Part shown: one piece after another, positions 22,735 to 32,756 of the stretch
Position numbering within the stretch: position 1 is the stretch's first letter
Layout: every line of letters starts with the position of its first letter
Assembly: GCA_964435675.1 (NCBI GenBank)
Contig: CAYTAW010000001.1
Coordinates: forward strand, 1-39,909
Length of the DNA: 39,909 nt
Source: an uncultured Bdellovibrionales bacterium
Lineage (GTDB): Bacteria > Bdellovibrionota_C > UBA2361 > CAYTAW01
Reading direction: 5' to 3'
Position numbers and translations under genes: made by a program
The notes under the pieces: generated by a model
Database searches by the model: none
What the model was told of the DNA's origin: nothing
Seen by the model: only the letters and a program-made list of their open reading frames with translations

Positions 22735-24375
22735 ATGGCTGACATGGAAGAGCTGATTGTTCGCATTCGTGCGGACGCCAGCCAACTCGAGCGCGAATTC
22801 AAGAAAGCGCAGGGCATTGTCACGAAAAGCAGTTCAGATATGAGCCGGGCGCTCGCGGACGTGCGCTCGCAAGTGATGTCCATATTGCCAGCCCTCTCCG
22901 TTGCCGCCGTCGTTGCGTTCGGGAAAAGCGCCTTCGCCGCCGCCGATCACCTGAATGATCTTGCCCTGCGCACCGGTATAGCCGGGAGCACCTTGTCGGC
23001 GCTCAATATCAAGCTGCTGCAAGGTGGTTCGAGCGTCGACGACTTCGCTGGCAGCATCAACCGGATGAACAATCTGGTCGGCGAAGCGGCCAAGGGGCTT
23101 AATCAGGAAGCGATCAAGGCGTTCGATGATCTCGGATTATCTGTCAGGAAATTATCGACGCTTTCGCCGGAGGATCAGTTTTACGAGATTGCCGCCGCGC
23201 TGGGCGACATCGACAACCAGGCGGCTTTTACCAATGCCGGCATGGCTATTTTTGGCCGGAGCTTTTCAAACCTCGCGCCTCTGATCAAGGAAGCAAACGG
23301 AAACCTGCGGGAATATGTCGATGAGCAGAAACGCTTAGGAGAGGCACTCAGCGAGGAAGAGCTTAAACGCATTGATGAATACGGCGATCGAATAACCAAT
23401 TGGTGGGAACGTGCAAAACTCGCCCTTGTGGATTATCTCCTGTATTTTGAAAATCTGGGAAGGCGCCACAGGGAATTTATCAACGATCTCGATCTGCCGG
23501 AGGGCTGGTCACGGACAAAGCCGGTGACGCCCTCAGATGAGGATCTCGCGCGCGGCGTTAGAAAAAGCCTCGGCATGCCTGAGCCGACCGCACGCGGAAG
23601 CAACAAAGGGCTCCTGAAAAACACCGAAATCGACAGCGCGCGCAAATCACTCGAAAAATATAATCAGGAGCTTAAGCGCCAACACGAGCTTTCTACCCTT
23701 GCCCCGCGGGACGCCGCCGGCATGAAGGCGTATTATGACACGCTCGACCTTGCCCAGAAAGCGGGCGTAAAGAACGCCGAAGCGCTTGCGCAGGCGAATG
23801 CAGATGTCGCGCGGTCCAATTACGACCTGCAAGAATCCATGCAGGAATCGGCCCGCTTCGCCGCCGAGCTTAAAGACCAGTTTGCGGAAACCGCTGGCAA
23901 CATCATATTCGATTCAAAGAACGCGGCCGACGCCGTTGGAAACCTCACCCGCGCGCTCGCGCGCATGGTAGCGCAGCGCTACATTCTCGGCCCTTTATCT
24001 GATTCCCTATTCGGCACGCCCGGCTCGGGCGGCAGCGGAATATTCGGCGATATCCTCGGCGGCATCGGCAGCAGCTTCGGCGGCTTCTTTGCGGACGGCG
24101 GAACCCTTCGCCCTGGTCAATGGGGTATCGCTGGGGAAAACGGGCCGGAACCGATCTATGCCGGAAGCATGCCGCTCAGCGTCACCTCTAACAAAGCGGC
24201 CGGCAAGGGCATCACTATTGAGAATTCATTTTATATCAGCGCCGGGGTGCAGGGCACCGTTCGCGCGGAACTGATGGCGGTCATCCCCTCAATCATCCAG
24301 GCTTCAAAAGATTCGGTATTCGGGGCAATCCAGCGCGGTGGGCCGGAAGCGCGCATCGTTGGGCAGAGGTCGTAA
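22735..24375 (+). CDS. Tail tape measure protein (546 aa)
   Basis: Position, long helical sequence, and a Gly-rich C-terminal region GTPGSGGSGIFGDILGGIGSSFGGFFADGG. Confidence 0.85.
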   Translation: MADMEELIVRIRADASQLEREFKKAQGIVTKSSSDMSRALADVRSQVMSILPALSVAAVVAFGKSAFAAADHLNDLALRTGIAGSTLSALNIKLLQGGSSVDDFAGSINRMNNLVGEAAKGLNQEAIKAFDDLGLSVRKLSTLSPEDQFYEIAAALGDIDNQAAFTNAGMAIFGRSFSNLAPLIKEANGNLREYVDEQKRLGEALSEEELKRIDEYGDRITNWWERAKLALVDYLLYFENLGRRHREFINDLDLPEGWSRTKPVTPSDEDLARGVRKSLGMPEPTARGSNKGLLKNTEIDSARKSLEKYNQELKRQHELSTLAPRDAAGMKAYYDTLDLAQKAGVKNAEALAQANADVARSNYDLQESMQESARFAAELKDQFAETAGNIIFDSKNAADAVGNLTRALARMVAQRYILGPLSDSLFGTPGSGGSGIFGDILGGIGSSFGGFFADGGTLRPGQWGIAGENGPEPIYAGSMPLSVTSNKAAGKGITIENSFYISAGVQGTVRAELMAVIPSIIQASKDSVFGAIQRGGPEARIVGQRS

Positions 24376-24378
24376 TCT

Positions 24379-24990
24379 ATGGCTATCCAAATGCCCGCAG
24401 CGCCGGGATTCATCGATAGCGAATTCGGGATTGAAACCAATACCCAGAAATTCGAATCCCCACTGGATAAATCGACGCAGCGCAAAAAACTCGCCGGATC
24501 ACGATGGATGTTGACCGTTGTGCTTCCTCCCATGACACAAGCGCAAGCCGCCGCATGGAAGGTATTTTTCATGCAGTGCGAAGGCATGGCAAACACTTTT
24601 GAAGGATTTGACCCGGATCATCGCACGCCCCGCGGGCAGGCGGCATTCACGCCGGGAACGCCTATCGTGGACGGCGCAGGGCAAACGGGCGGTGTGCTCT
24701 ACATCACCGGCGCTCCTGCAAGCATTACCGGATATCTGCTGCCAGGCGATTACCTGCAGGTCAATGGCATGTTGCTTATGGTTCAGGCCCAGGTCGATAC
24801 CGATTCCTCGGGTGAAGCGGGCGTGCCGGTCCGCCCACGACTTAGGAGACCACCGGCGGACGGCGCCAGTGTCGTTTTCGATAGGCCGTATTGCGAAATG
24901 ATCCTGATCGACGACAACCAGGCGAAATGGCGCGGCAACAAAAACAAAATCATCAACGGGCTGACGTTCTCAGCAATAGAGACTTTCTGA
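24379..24990 (+). CDS. Distal/minor tail protein (lambda gpM position)
   Basis: Synteny directly after the tape measure gene; 203 aa. Confidence 0.55.
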   Translation: MAIQMPAAPGFIDSEFGIETNTQKFESPLDKSTQRKKLAGSRWMLTVVLPPMTQAQAAAWKVFFMQCEGMANTFEGFDPDHRTPRGQAAFTPGTPIVDGAGQTGGVLYITGAPASITGYLLPGDYLQVNGMLLMVQAQVDTDSSGEAGVPVRPRLRRPPADGASVVFDRPYCEMILIDDNQAKWRGNKNKIINGLTFSAIETF

Positions 24991-24991
24991 T

Positions 24992-25546
24992 ATGAGCAGG
25001 GATTTAGACGCGGCAACTCAGGCATCCAGCGAAGCCAACCTGATATTACCGGTGGCGCTGGTAAAGCTTGAATTCGATAGCGGCGACGTGTTCCTGAGTA
25101 GCTGGACAGGTGACATAACCTATAACGGGGATGTTTACACAGGATCCGGCGCGCTGGCTACGATCGGCCCGGTCGATGAAGATAATGATTTGACCAGAAA
25201 TAAAATCCAGATCGGCCTGCGCAGCATCACCAACGAAATCGTAAGCATTGCCCTCAGGGAGTACGTACAGGGCCGCCCGGCTACCATTTACATGGGGTAT
25301 CTCAACGAAGATACGATGCAGCTTACCGGCGAGCCGGTGATCATTACAGGGACCATGGACAACTGGAATTTCACGATCGGCAAACAACCGACGATTATCC
25401 TCAACGTGGAAGATGAATTTGCCATTCTCGATAAAGCAAACACCCGTCGCTATACGAATGCCGATCAGCAGTCTCGCTATCCTACGGACAGGTTTTTCGA
25501 ATACGTCGAGCAGGCAACGGCAAAAGATATTTCATGGGGGAGATAA
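24992..25546 (+). CDS. Minor tail / tip protein (lambda gpL position, DUF2163-like)
   Basis: Synteny. PVALVKLEFDSGDVFLSSWTGDITYNGDVYTGSGAL is a pattern I recall from GTA g13-like proteins. Confidence 0.5.
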   Translation: MSRDLDAATQASSEANLILPVALVKLEFDSGDVFLSSWTGDITYNGDVYTGSGALATIGPVDEDNDLTRNKIQIGLRSITNEIVSIALREYVQGRPATIYMGYLNEDTMQLTGEPVIITGTMDNWNFTIGKQPTIILNVEDEFAILDKANTRRYTNADQQSRYPTDRFFEYVEQATAKDISWGR

Positions 25547-25942
25547 ATGCGCAGGCAGGGATGGGAAAACATGCTCGCCGCGCATGTTGCGGATGCCAGG
25601 GCGCGGCCTTTTGTTTGGGGCCAGCACGATTGCGCGCTGTGGTGCGCTCAATGGGTATTGATCTGCACAGGGCGCAACCACGTCGATGACTGGAAAGGTC
25701 TATACTCCACCGAGGAAGAATTAAATGCTTTGCTTGCGTCGCGCGGATACGCCGACCATATCGCCGTTGCCGACTCGCTTGCCGAGCAGAAACCCCTCGC
25801 CTTCGCCCGTCGCGGCGACGTTCTCCTGCATCCATCCGGCACGCTCGGCATATGCGTGGGTAGTCATGGCATATTTGTAACGCAATTCGGAGTAATCGCA
25901 GAGGCTACCATGGGCTGCATAAAAGCCTGGGGAGTTGATTAA
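25547..25942 (+). CDS. Tail-associated NlpC/P60-like peptidase (lambda gpK / GTA g14 position)
   Basis: RPFVWGQHDCALW (catalytic Cys context) and a downstream His. Synteny supports the call. Confidence 0.65.
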   Translation: MRRQGWENMLAAHVADARARPFVWGQHDCALWCAQWVLICTGRNHVDDWKGLYSTEEELNALLASRGYADHIAVADSLAEQKPLAFARRGDVLLHPSGTLGICVGSHGIFVTQFGVIAEATMGCIKAWGVD

Positions 25943-28599
25943 TGCCAGCAGCAGTCCCCCTTATCGGCGCGCTCGCAGGCGCCGCCGTTGCGAACAGCCT
26001 GACCGTGTTTGCGGTCGGCAGCTTTTATTTCGGATCCGGCGCCTTATTCAGCAGCATCGCCGGTGGCATCGTCTCAACCTCAATAAATCAATTGGGAAGC
26101 CGCGCCCTTTCAAAAAAGCCGAAGGCGCTGAATTTTTCGGAATCGGCCTCCGTTGCTGGTGTGCTTTCCCGCTCATCCGTTGAAACGCACAAGCTGATTT
26201 ACGGGACGGCTCGTGTTTCTGGGCCTCGTAGTTTTGCCCATACCACGGATTCGGCGCCGGACAGCACCGGGGCTACCGTTACGGGGACAAATAAATTCCT
26301 GTATATCACGGTCCCGCTGGCCGGGCATCAATGCAACGCCATTCCCGAAATTTACCTCAATGAAGAATTGGCCACGATCGACGGCAATGATTTCGTAACG
26401 AACGCCCCGTATTACAAAGACGGCAAAAGTTACCTGCGCATTACCAAGCATCTCGGCGCGCCGGGCCAAACCGCCGACGAAAAATTTATGGCCGAGATCC
26501 CGTCCATGTGGACGGAGAGCCACCGCGGCGACAATATTTGCTATCTGGCAATACGCGCGGAATGGAATCAGGACGCTTTCCCGCAGGGCTTCCCGAACAT
26601 TGCCGCCGTCGTAGAGGGAAAGCTTGTTTATGATCCGCGCACCACGCTTACTGCATGGAGCAATAACGGTGTATTGTGCGCGCGGGATTACCTGATGAAC
26701 GAATGCGGCGTGGCGACAAGCCGGTTTGATGACGCGAATTACACGATTGCACACGCAAATATTGCCGACGAAGATGTCGAGCTCGCTTCGGGCGGAACAG
26801 AAAAGCGCTACACGTGCGACGGCGTAATCGATGTCGGGGTGAACAGGCGCGAAAACCTGAATGCCCTGGTCGCGTCGATGGCGGGCGAGGTCATCCGCGT
26901 AGGCAACAAAATCCGCGTCAAAGCGGGCGCATACGAGATCCCGTCCGGGTACATTACCGAGAGCATGCTGGCTGGCGATATCTCCGGCGATTTCACCACG
27001 CAGCGCGGCGAGTTAGTCAACGAGGTCGGCGGGCTTTACGTGGATCCGCTTAAAAACTTCCAACCCACGGACTTCCCGAAGGTAAAAAACGCCACGTATC
27101 TCGCGCAGGATAATGGCGTACCATACCCGAAAGACTTGACGCTCCCATTCACCCGCACCGCCTCGGCCGCGCAGCGGATCGGCAAGATCATCATGGAAAA
27201 GGCCCGCCAGGGCATAAACGCGCAATTGCCGCTTAACCATAGCGCGCTTAAATTCGCATGCGGTGACAATGTCGGGCTTTCGCTTGAATTGCCCGGATGG
27301 GAACAGAAGGAATTCAAAGTTCGCCGGTGGAACATGGGCAATGTGCCCGTAAGCGCAATCACGCTTTATCTGCAGGAAGAATCCGCGGGAAGCTACGACT
27401 GGAACTCCGGCGAGGAAACCGTGGTAGACGACGCGCCTAACACCACTCTGCCGAATCCGTTTTTTGTTGAGCCTCCCTCGAGCCTGCATGTCACCGAAGA
27501 AAAATACGTCACGCGCGGCGGCGCCGGTGTAAAGGCAAAAGCCATCATGACATGGGAAGCGTCCCCGGATGCATTCCTTGATCGCTACCAGCCTGAATAT
27601 AAGCTTCGCTCCGATACGGATTACGTGCGCCTGCCGAGAACAGAGAACCTATTCGCCGAGGTGCTCGATATCGCCCCCGGTCTTTATGATTTCCGCGTGC
27701 GCGCGCTGACCCGCGTGGCCGGTAGCGAATATGCGACCTATTCCGTAGAAATAACCGGCCTGCTCGATCGCCCTACCGAGCCGCAAAATCTCACCATCAG
27801 CACCATCGGCGGCATTGCGCTCATGCGCTACGACCAGCCCGAGGATCTCGATGTTCGCATTGGTGGCTATGTCGTGTTCCGCCACTCGCCAGACACATCA
27901 AGCGGATGGGCCGAAAGCACCAGCATTGGCAACAACATTCCCGGCAGCGATACGGTAGCGAATCTGCCGTTGAAGCCGGGCCGTTACTTCGCAAAGACGG
28001 TTGATTCGAGCGGGCTTGAATCGGAAAATTACGCCTCGGTTACCACCACGCAGGCGACCGCGCTTACCTTTGCAAACGTGGATTCGGTTACCGAGGATGC
28101 CTCGTTCTCAGGCTCAAAGACCAATTGCGAAATCGATGGCAGCACGCTTAAGATGTCGATCGCTTATGGGCTGTTCAGCACCATCCCGCTGGTGAGCGCT
28201 GTATCGTCGATTTCTGGTTACAATAACGGCATAGCGCCTTATGCCGAATACGCATTCTCCGCAGGCATTGATTTAGGCGCCGTCGAGCCTGTCCGGCTGA
28301 CCTCGCACATTCTGGCTTCGATATTCCCATACGATGACAACATCGACGGACGCACTGGTCTTATCGATGAATGGGACAGCATTGACAACACCAACGACGC
28401 GGCCGGGGATGCGCAGGTCTGGGTAAGATACACCGATGACGATCCATCGGGAATGCCGACATGGAGCGACTGGCAGCGGCTCGATTCTTCGGAGTTCAAT
28501 TCCCGGGCCTTCCAGTTCCAGCTGCGCATGTATTCATACGATTCAATTTACACCGTGGCCGTGAGCGAGCTTAGGGTTTATGCCGATCAGGTCGTTTAA
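25942..28599 (+). CDS. Host specificity / central tail fibre protein (lambda gpJ-like)
   Basis: 885 aa. Gly-rich hydrophobic N-terminus, then KLIYGTARVSGP, typical of J-like proteins. Last gene of the tip module. Confidence 0.8.
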   Translation: MPAAVPLIGALAGAAVANSLTVFAVGSFYFGSGALFSSIAGGIVSTSINQLGSRALSKKPKALNFSESASVAGVLSRSSVETHKLIYGTARVSGPRSFAHTTDSAPDSTGATVTGTNKFLYITVPLAGHQCNAIPEIYLNEELATIDGNDFVTNAPYYKDGKSYLRITKHLGAPGQTADEKFMAEIPSMWTESHRGDNICYLAIRAEWNQDAFPQGFPNIAAVVEGKLVYDPRTTLTAWSNNGVLCARDYLMNECGVATSRFDDANYTIAHANIADEDVELASGGTEKRYTCDGVIDVGVNRRENLNALVASMAGEVIRVGNKIRVKAGAYEIPSGYITESMLAGDISGDFTTQRGELVNEVGGLYVDPLKNFQPTDFPKVKNATYLAQDNGVPYPKDLTLPFTRTASAAQRIGKIIMEKARQGINAQLPLNHSALKFACGDNVGLSLELPGWEQKEFKVRRWNMGNVPVSAITLYLQEESAGSYDWNSGEETVVDDAPNTTLPNPFFVEPPSSLHVTEEKYVTRGGAGVKAKAIMTWEASPDAFLDRYQPEYKLRSDTDYVRLPRTENLFAEVLDIAPGLYDFRVRALTRVAGSEYATYSVEITGLLDRPTEPQNLTISTIGGIALMRYDQPEDLDVRIGGYVVFRHSPDTSSGWAESTSIGNNIPGSDTVANLPLKPGRYFAKTVDSSGLESENYASVTTTQATALTFANVDSVTEDASFSGSKTNCEIDGSTLKMSIAYGLFSTIPLVSAVSSISGYNNGIAPYAEYAFSAGIDLGAVEPVRLTSHILASIFPYDDNIDGRTGLIDEWDSIDNTNDAAGDAQVWVRYTDDDPSGMPTWSDWQRLDSSEFNSRAFQFQLRMYSYDSIYTVAVSELRVYADQVV

Positions 28600-28615
28600 A
28601 AAAGGGATTATAAAA

Positions 28616-29539
28616 ATGAAAAATCTATATTTATTGATTGCGCTGTGCGTAGCGTTCTCACCCGCCGCGCGCGCCACGCAAAATGATATGGTGCTCGACA
28701 ATGCGGCAGGCTCCGTATTCCGAGCCGATGCGAATTCCGCCCTGCAGGCTTTGGCAAATACCAGCAAAGGCGGCACGCGCCCGAGCACTTCATACCCCGG
28801 ACAAATCTGGCTTGATGACAATACCCCGAGCGTTACGGTCTGGACGCTCTACCTGTATGACGGCACCGACGACATTTCCCTCGGCACGTTTAATATCACC
28901 AGCAACGTGTTCACCCCCACGTTGGTCGACTCGCAGGTAACAAATGCCAAGATGGCCAACATGGCGAGCAATACGATCAAGGGCAATAACACCGGTGGAT
29001 CAGCGGCGCCCGGCGACCTGACCGGCACCGAAGTAACAGCGCTGCTAAGTAATATGGTGGGCGATTCCGGCACTGGTGGAACGAAAGGACTTGTCCCTGC
29101 CCCCGCTGCAGGCGATGCCGCGGCCGGTAAGTTCCTCAAAGCGGATGGCACATTTGCCGTGCCCTCGAACAGCATCACGCAGGCGAGCACGGTTGAAATC
29201 GCGGCCGAGACGGTTGCAACGAAATACATCTCACCCGATAGGTTGAAAACCGCGCCGAGCGTAGCGAAAAGTTGGGGGCATATAAATAGCAGCGGATCTC
29301 CCACGTTGCTGCGAGGGTATAACGTAGCTTCTATATCCGGCATCGGCCAGGGCGCACGCATCAATTTCACAACGGCCATGACAACCACCAATTACACGGT
29401 TGTTGCTACGATTCGATCAGCCTCGACCGGGGCTTTGGCAAACAACCTGCAGATAACCCGCGCGACTAGTCACGTCGATATCAGCACCAGCACATCGCTT
29501 CCGAACAACATAGAAATCAATTTTGCAATTTATGAATAG
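28616..29539 (+). CDS. Tail fibre protein 1 with an N-terminal Sec-type signal peptide
   Basis: Start at ATG 28616. MKNLYLLIALCVAFSPAARA|TQND; then the fibre N-domain (NSALQALANTSKGGTRPSTSYPGQIWLD) and GLVPAPAAGDAAAGKFLKADGTFAVP motifs. Confidence 0.7.
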   Translation: MKNLYLLIALCVAFSPAARATQNDMVLDNAAGSVFRADANSALQALANTSKGGTRPSTSYPGQIWLDDNTPSVTVWTLYLYDGTDDISLGTFNITSNVFTPTLVDSQVTNAKMANMASNTIKGNNTGGSAAPGDLTGTEVTALLSNMVGDSGTGGTKGLVPAPAAGDAAAGKFLKADGTFAVPSNSITQASTVEIAAETVATKYISPDRLKTAPSVAKSWGHINSSGSPTLLRGYNVASISGIGQGARINFTTAMTTTNYTVVATIRSASTGALANNLQITRATSHVDISTSTSLPNNIEINFAIYE

Positions 29540-29552
29540 CAGGGGGCGCATA

Positions 29553-30788
29553 ATGAAACGCATCAAATTATTATCGCTGATCGGCCTTGCTCTTTTCTCC
29601 TCACCCGCGCGCGCCACACAGCACGATTACACCATAGCCGATGGCACGGGCACGGCGGTACTTTCTGACATGAATGACGCCTTCCAGGCGCAGGCGAGCA
29701 CGAACAAAGGCAACTCGGCACCGAGCACACTATACACCGGCCAGCTATGGCTTGACGGCGACACGCCAAGCGGGACCACCTGGACGCTGAATATGTACGA
29801 TGGAACAGACTCGATATCGCTGGGCCAGATAAACACGACCGCTAACACCTTCGCCGCGACCGGCGCGCAGGTATCGGATTCGACACTGACATCCCTCGCC
29901 GCTTACAATACGAACGGCCTGCTTACCCAAACCGCAGCGGATACCTTCACCGGCCGGACGATCACCGGCACCACCGGGCAAATATCCGTATCGAACGGAA
30001 GCGGCGTTTCGGGAAACCCCACGATCTCATTGCCAGGAGCCGTGCAGTTCGGGGCATCGCAAACCCTAACCGGCGCGAGATCGTTTATAGGGGGCGGCAT
30101 TAGCAATACATTGTCGACCAGTGATTCTGCAATAATTGCATGCGACGCCTGTGAATTACTTAATAGTGATTATTCCGCTATACTATCTGGAAAAAACCAT
30201 TTGATTGACTCGTTAGGAGATAACAACGCAATCATCGCCGGAGAGGGCAATACCATAAACGGGGATGCCATTTATACCACCGCGATTGGCAGCTTCCATA
30301 TTTTAACAACCGGTTCTTATAATTCCCTCGCTATAGGCAGCGAAGGCATGACAAACAGATTCGGCCAGTTCGTCCACGCAAGCGGGGCTTTTTCTGCCGA
30401 GGGCGATGCCCAGACAAGCGAATATGTCGTACGAAACTCGACGACCAATAACACGCAAACCGAATTATTTCTGGACGGCTCAAGCCTGAGAATCACCATC
30501 GCAGCGGATACGACCTACGTTTTTGAAGCGTTAATCAGCGCGCGCCGTACCGACGCAGACAACGAAAGCGGAGGCTATAAAATAACCGGCGTCATTGACA
30601 ACAATGCAGGGACCACCGCGCTCGTCGGCAGCGTCACAGTAACGACCATAGCCGAGGATAATGCCGGATGGGATTGCACCGCGCAGGCCGATAACACTAA
30701 CGATGCGCTTGCCATAAAATGCACGGGTGAAAACGCCAAAACCATCCGCTGGGTGGGTTCCGTAAAAGTAACCGAGGTAAAGGGATAA
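29553..30788 (+). CDS. Tail fibre protein 2 (paralogous N-domain, beta-helix-like repeats, different C-terminal domain) with a Sec-type signal peptide
   Basis: Start at ATG 29553, after AGGGGG. MKRIKLLSLIGLALFSSPARA|TQHD. The N-terminal ~95 aa align with fibre 1. Contains repeats of the type SAIIACDACELLNSDYSAILSGKNHLID. Confidence 0.7.
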   Translation: MKRIKLLSLIGLALFSSPARATQHDYTIADGTGTAVLSDMNDAFQAQASTNKGNSAPSTLYTGQLWLDGDTPSGTTWTLNMYDGTDSISLGQINTTANTFAATGAQVSDSTLTSLAAYNTNGLLTQTAADTFTGRTITGTTGQISVSNGSGVSGNPTISLPGAVQFGASQTLTGARSFIGGGISNTLSTSDSAIIACDACELLNSDYSAILSGKNHLIDSLGDNNAIIAGEGNTINGDAIYTTAIGSFHILTTGSYNSLAIGSEGMTNRFGQFVHASGAFSAEGDAQTSEYVVRNSTTNNTQTELFLDGSSLRITIAADTTYVFEALISARRTDADNESGGYKITGVIDNNAGTTALVGSVTVTTIAEDNAGWDCTAQADNTNDALAIKCTGENAKTIRWVGSVKVTEVKG

Positions 30789-30789
30789 T

Positions 30790-31143
30790 ATGACGATAAA
30801 GCCCGGCAACTACGACATCACGATCTATCAGGGCGCCAGCTTTTCGCAGGTATTTACCTGGAAAGATGAAAACGGCGCGGCGATCAACCTGACCGGCTAC
30901 ACGGCGCGGCTCAAGGTGCGGCCGGCGATCGATTCCAGTACGGTTTTGATTTCGCTTGCTGATGGATCTGGCATTACCCTTGGCGGCGCGGCCGGGACGA
31001 TCACGGTTTCCATTAGCGCCACGGATACAGCCGCCCTTACCGCAATGCTCGGGGTTTATGATCTTGAACTGATCAGCGGCAGCGGTGCCGTCACCCGCCT
31101 GCTGCAGGGCAACCTGATCATCAGCAACGAGGTCACACGATGA
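30790..31143 (+). CDS. Small fibre-locus structural protein (Ig-like?)
   Basis: ORF track. YQGASFSQVFTWKDENGAAINLTGYTARLKVR ... YDLEL is a pattern recalled from phage structural proteins. Confidence 0.5.
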   Translation: MTIKPGNYDITIYQGASFSQVFTWKDENGAAINLTGYTARLKVRPAIDSSTVLISLADGSGITLGGAAGTITVSISATDTAALTAMLGVYDLELISGSGAVTRLLQGNLIISNEVTR

Positions 31144-31691
31144 CCGATACCATTGTCACCGTCGAAAGCGCCATAAATACGGTTGAGGTGGAAGGGCAGA
31201 CAATACCGGTTGAAAGCACCGTCGTGCAGGTGGTAACGGCAGGCACACAAGGGCCGGAGGGACCACAAGGACCAGCCGGATCGGGACTCGCCGCCGGTGG
31301 AACGGCCGGTCAATTCCTACGAAAATTATCGTCCACAGATTATGACGCTGCTTTTGCAACCCCATCATCATCAGAAATTACGCTGAGCGCGGATGTCATC
31401 ACCGACACATCCTATGTTATGCTGGCTTCCGATAACGGAAAGGTTAAGTATTTCACGAGCGCAACAGCGGTTACGGTCGTACTCCCAAATAATCTGCCGT
31501 TCAATTTCAATTCAACAATCGTGCAGCTCGGCGATGGGCAAATAACATTTGTCCCATCATCTGGTGCGACGTTAAGCAACAGCCTTTCCCATACCAAAAC
31601 CCTCGCCAAATTCTCCCCCGTAGCGCTTTTGGTATATGAAAACACCGGAGGATCATCGGCAAAATACCTGCTCGGCGGGGAAACCGCTTAA
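31140..31691 (+). CDS. Collagen-like-repeat fibre protein
   Basis: GTQGPEGPQGPAGSG triplets are followed by GGTAGQFLRKLSSTDYDAAF, a common phage fibre motif. Confidence 0.6.
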   Translation: MTDTIVTVESAINTVEVEGQTIPVESTVVQVVTAGTQGPEGPQGPAGSGLAAGGTAGQFLRKLSSTDYDAAFATPSSSEITLSADVITDTSYVMLASDNGKVKYFTSATAVTVVLPNNLPFNFNSTIVQLGDGQITFVPSSGATLSNSLSHTKTLAKFSPVALLVYENTGGSSAKYLLGGETA

Positions 31692-32452
31692 TGTTTCAAT
31701 CCCCGTGTTTGCGCCCGCTTCTGCGTCCGCGCCCGACGTATAGCGGATCCGTATTCGACGGAACGAACGATTATGCCGCGATTGTCGGCGGCGCTATAAA
31801 CAATACGATGCCATCAACCACCGATTGGACCCTCGGCATTACCCTGAGAAAACCATCAACAGGCGCAAGAACATATTTTCAACTTACCTCGCTGCTCAGT
31901 GGCTTGATAATAAACGTCCGGCAGGCGGCGTCCGGCAACCTTGTGCTGGCGATAGATGACCCGGTAAATTGGGGAGGAGGCGCGGTGAACATCGTGCCGG
32001 GCGCCGGCATACCTATCGACGGGAAATACCATACATTTTACCTCGGTGCGCAATATGATGGGCTGCAGACGCTATTCACCCCCATTCTGGACAACGCACC
32101 TTTCGGTTCTCCAGGCCTTAACAGCGATGGGCCGATTGATTTTAGTCAGGCGGACTCCGCTTCCATTGGCGCCACAACAACGGGAACCCAAAAATTTAAT
32201 GGTGGTATCTGCGAAATAGGTCTATGGCCCGGATTTGTATTATCCACCGATATTATGAACTCGGATAACAGCCCGACCATAAAGCCAAATGGTGGGAGGC
32301 GTATAGCATACGATTATCTGGGAAACGCGACAGTAGTGGCCCCTATGATCTGGTGCCAGGGCGGCGGCAACGACATAGCAATCAATCGTGCGCCGGGCGG
32401 TCATGATTTCATAGTCGTCGGGTCTATGACGAGCGAAACGGTAACTGTATGA
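31691..32452 (+). CDS. LamG/concanavalin-like lectin-domain protein
   Basis: FDGTNDYAAI ... KYHTFYLGAQYDG ... FNGGICEIGLWPGFVLS resembles Laminin_G_3 domains. Confidence 0.55.
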   Translation: MFQSPCLRPLLRPRPTYSGSVFDGTNDYAAIVGGAINNTMPSTTDWTLGITLRKPSTGARTYFQLTSLLSGLIINVRQAASGNLVLAIDDPVNWGGGAVNIVPGAGIPIDGKYHTFYLGAQYDGLQTLFTPILDNAPFGSPGLNSDGPIDFSQADSASIGATTTGTQKFNGGICEIGLWPGFVLSTDIMNSDNSPTIKPNGGRRIAYDYLGNATVVAPMIWCQGGGNDIAINRAPGGHDFIVVGSMTSETVTV

Positions 32453-32742
32453 CCGAGAATTATTATATTTTGGTCGGTAATTCATATCCGAAATATCAAG
32501 CCATCATCGACGAAGCGGACTCGCAACAGCGCGCAAATGCGCAGCCATGGACAAGGCTGTCTATTGTCAGAGGGGCGACGCAATCGCTGGTAAAGGTTCC
32601 GGGCGGAAGCCTCGAGTGGTTTCAAAATCTGGTTGGCAGCGACGATATGGAATGGCTTGGCATGCAGGGTAACCCCGCCGCCGATGCGGCGCGCATTGCA
32701 TGGTATGAGCAGAATTTTCATGAAGAAGATGAACCAGAATAA
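32449..32742 (+). CDS. Hypothetical protein (97 aa)
   Basis: ORF track; ATGA coupling to the upstream gene. Confidence 0.5.
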   Translation: MTENYYILVGNSYPKYQAIIDEADSQQRANAQPWTRLSIVRGATQSLVKVPGGSLEWFQNLVGSDDMEWLGMQGNPAADAARIAWYEQNFHEEDEPE

Positions 32743-32756
32743 CGACGGGAGGTAAA

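Noticed and set aside
26173-29391. Minus-strand ORFs inside the J-like and fibre genes (26173-26754, 27013-27489, 28849-29391).
   Set aside because: They are antisense shadows of long, well-supported structural genes.
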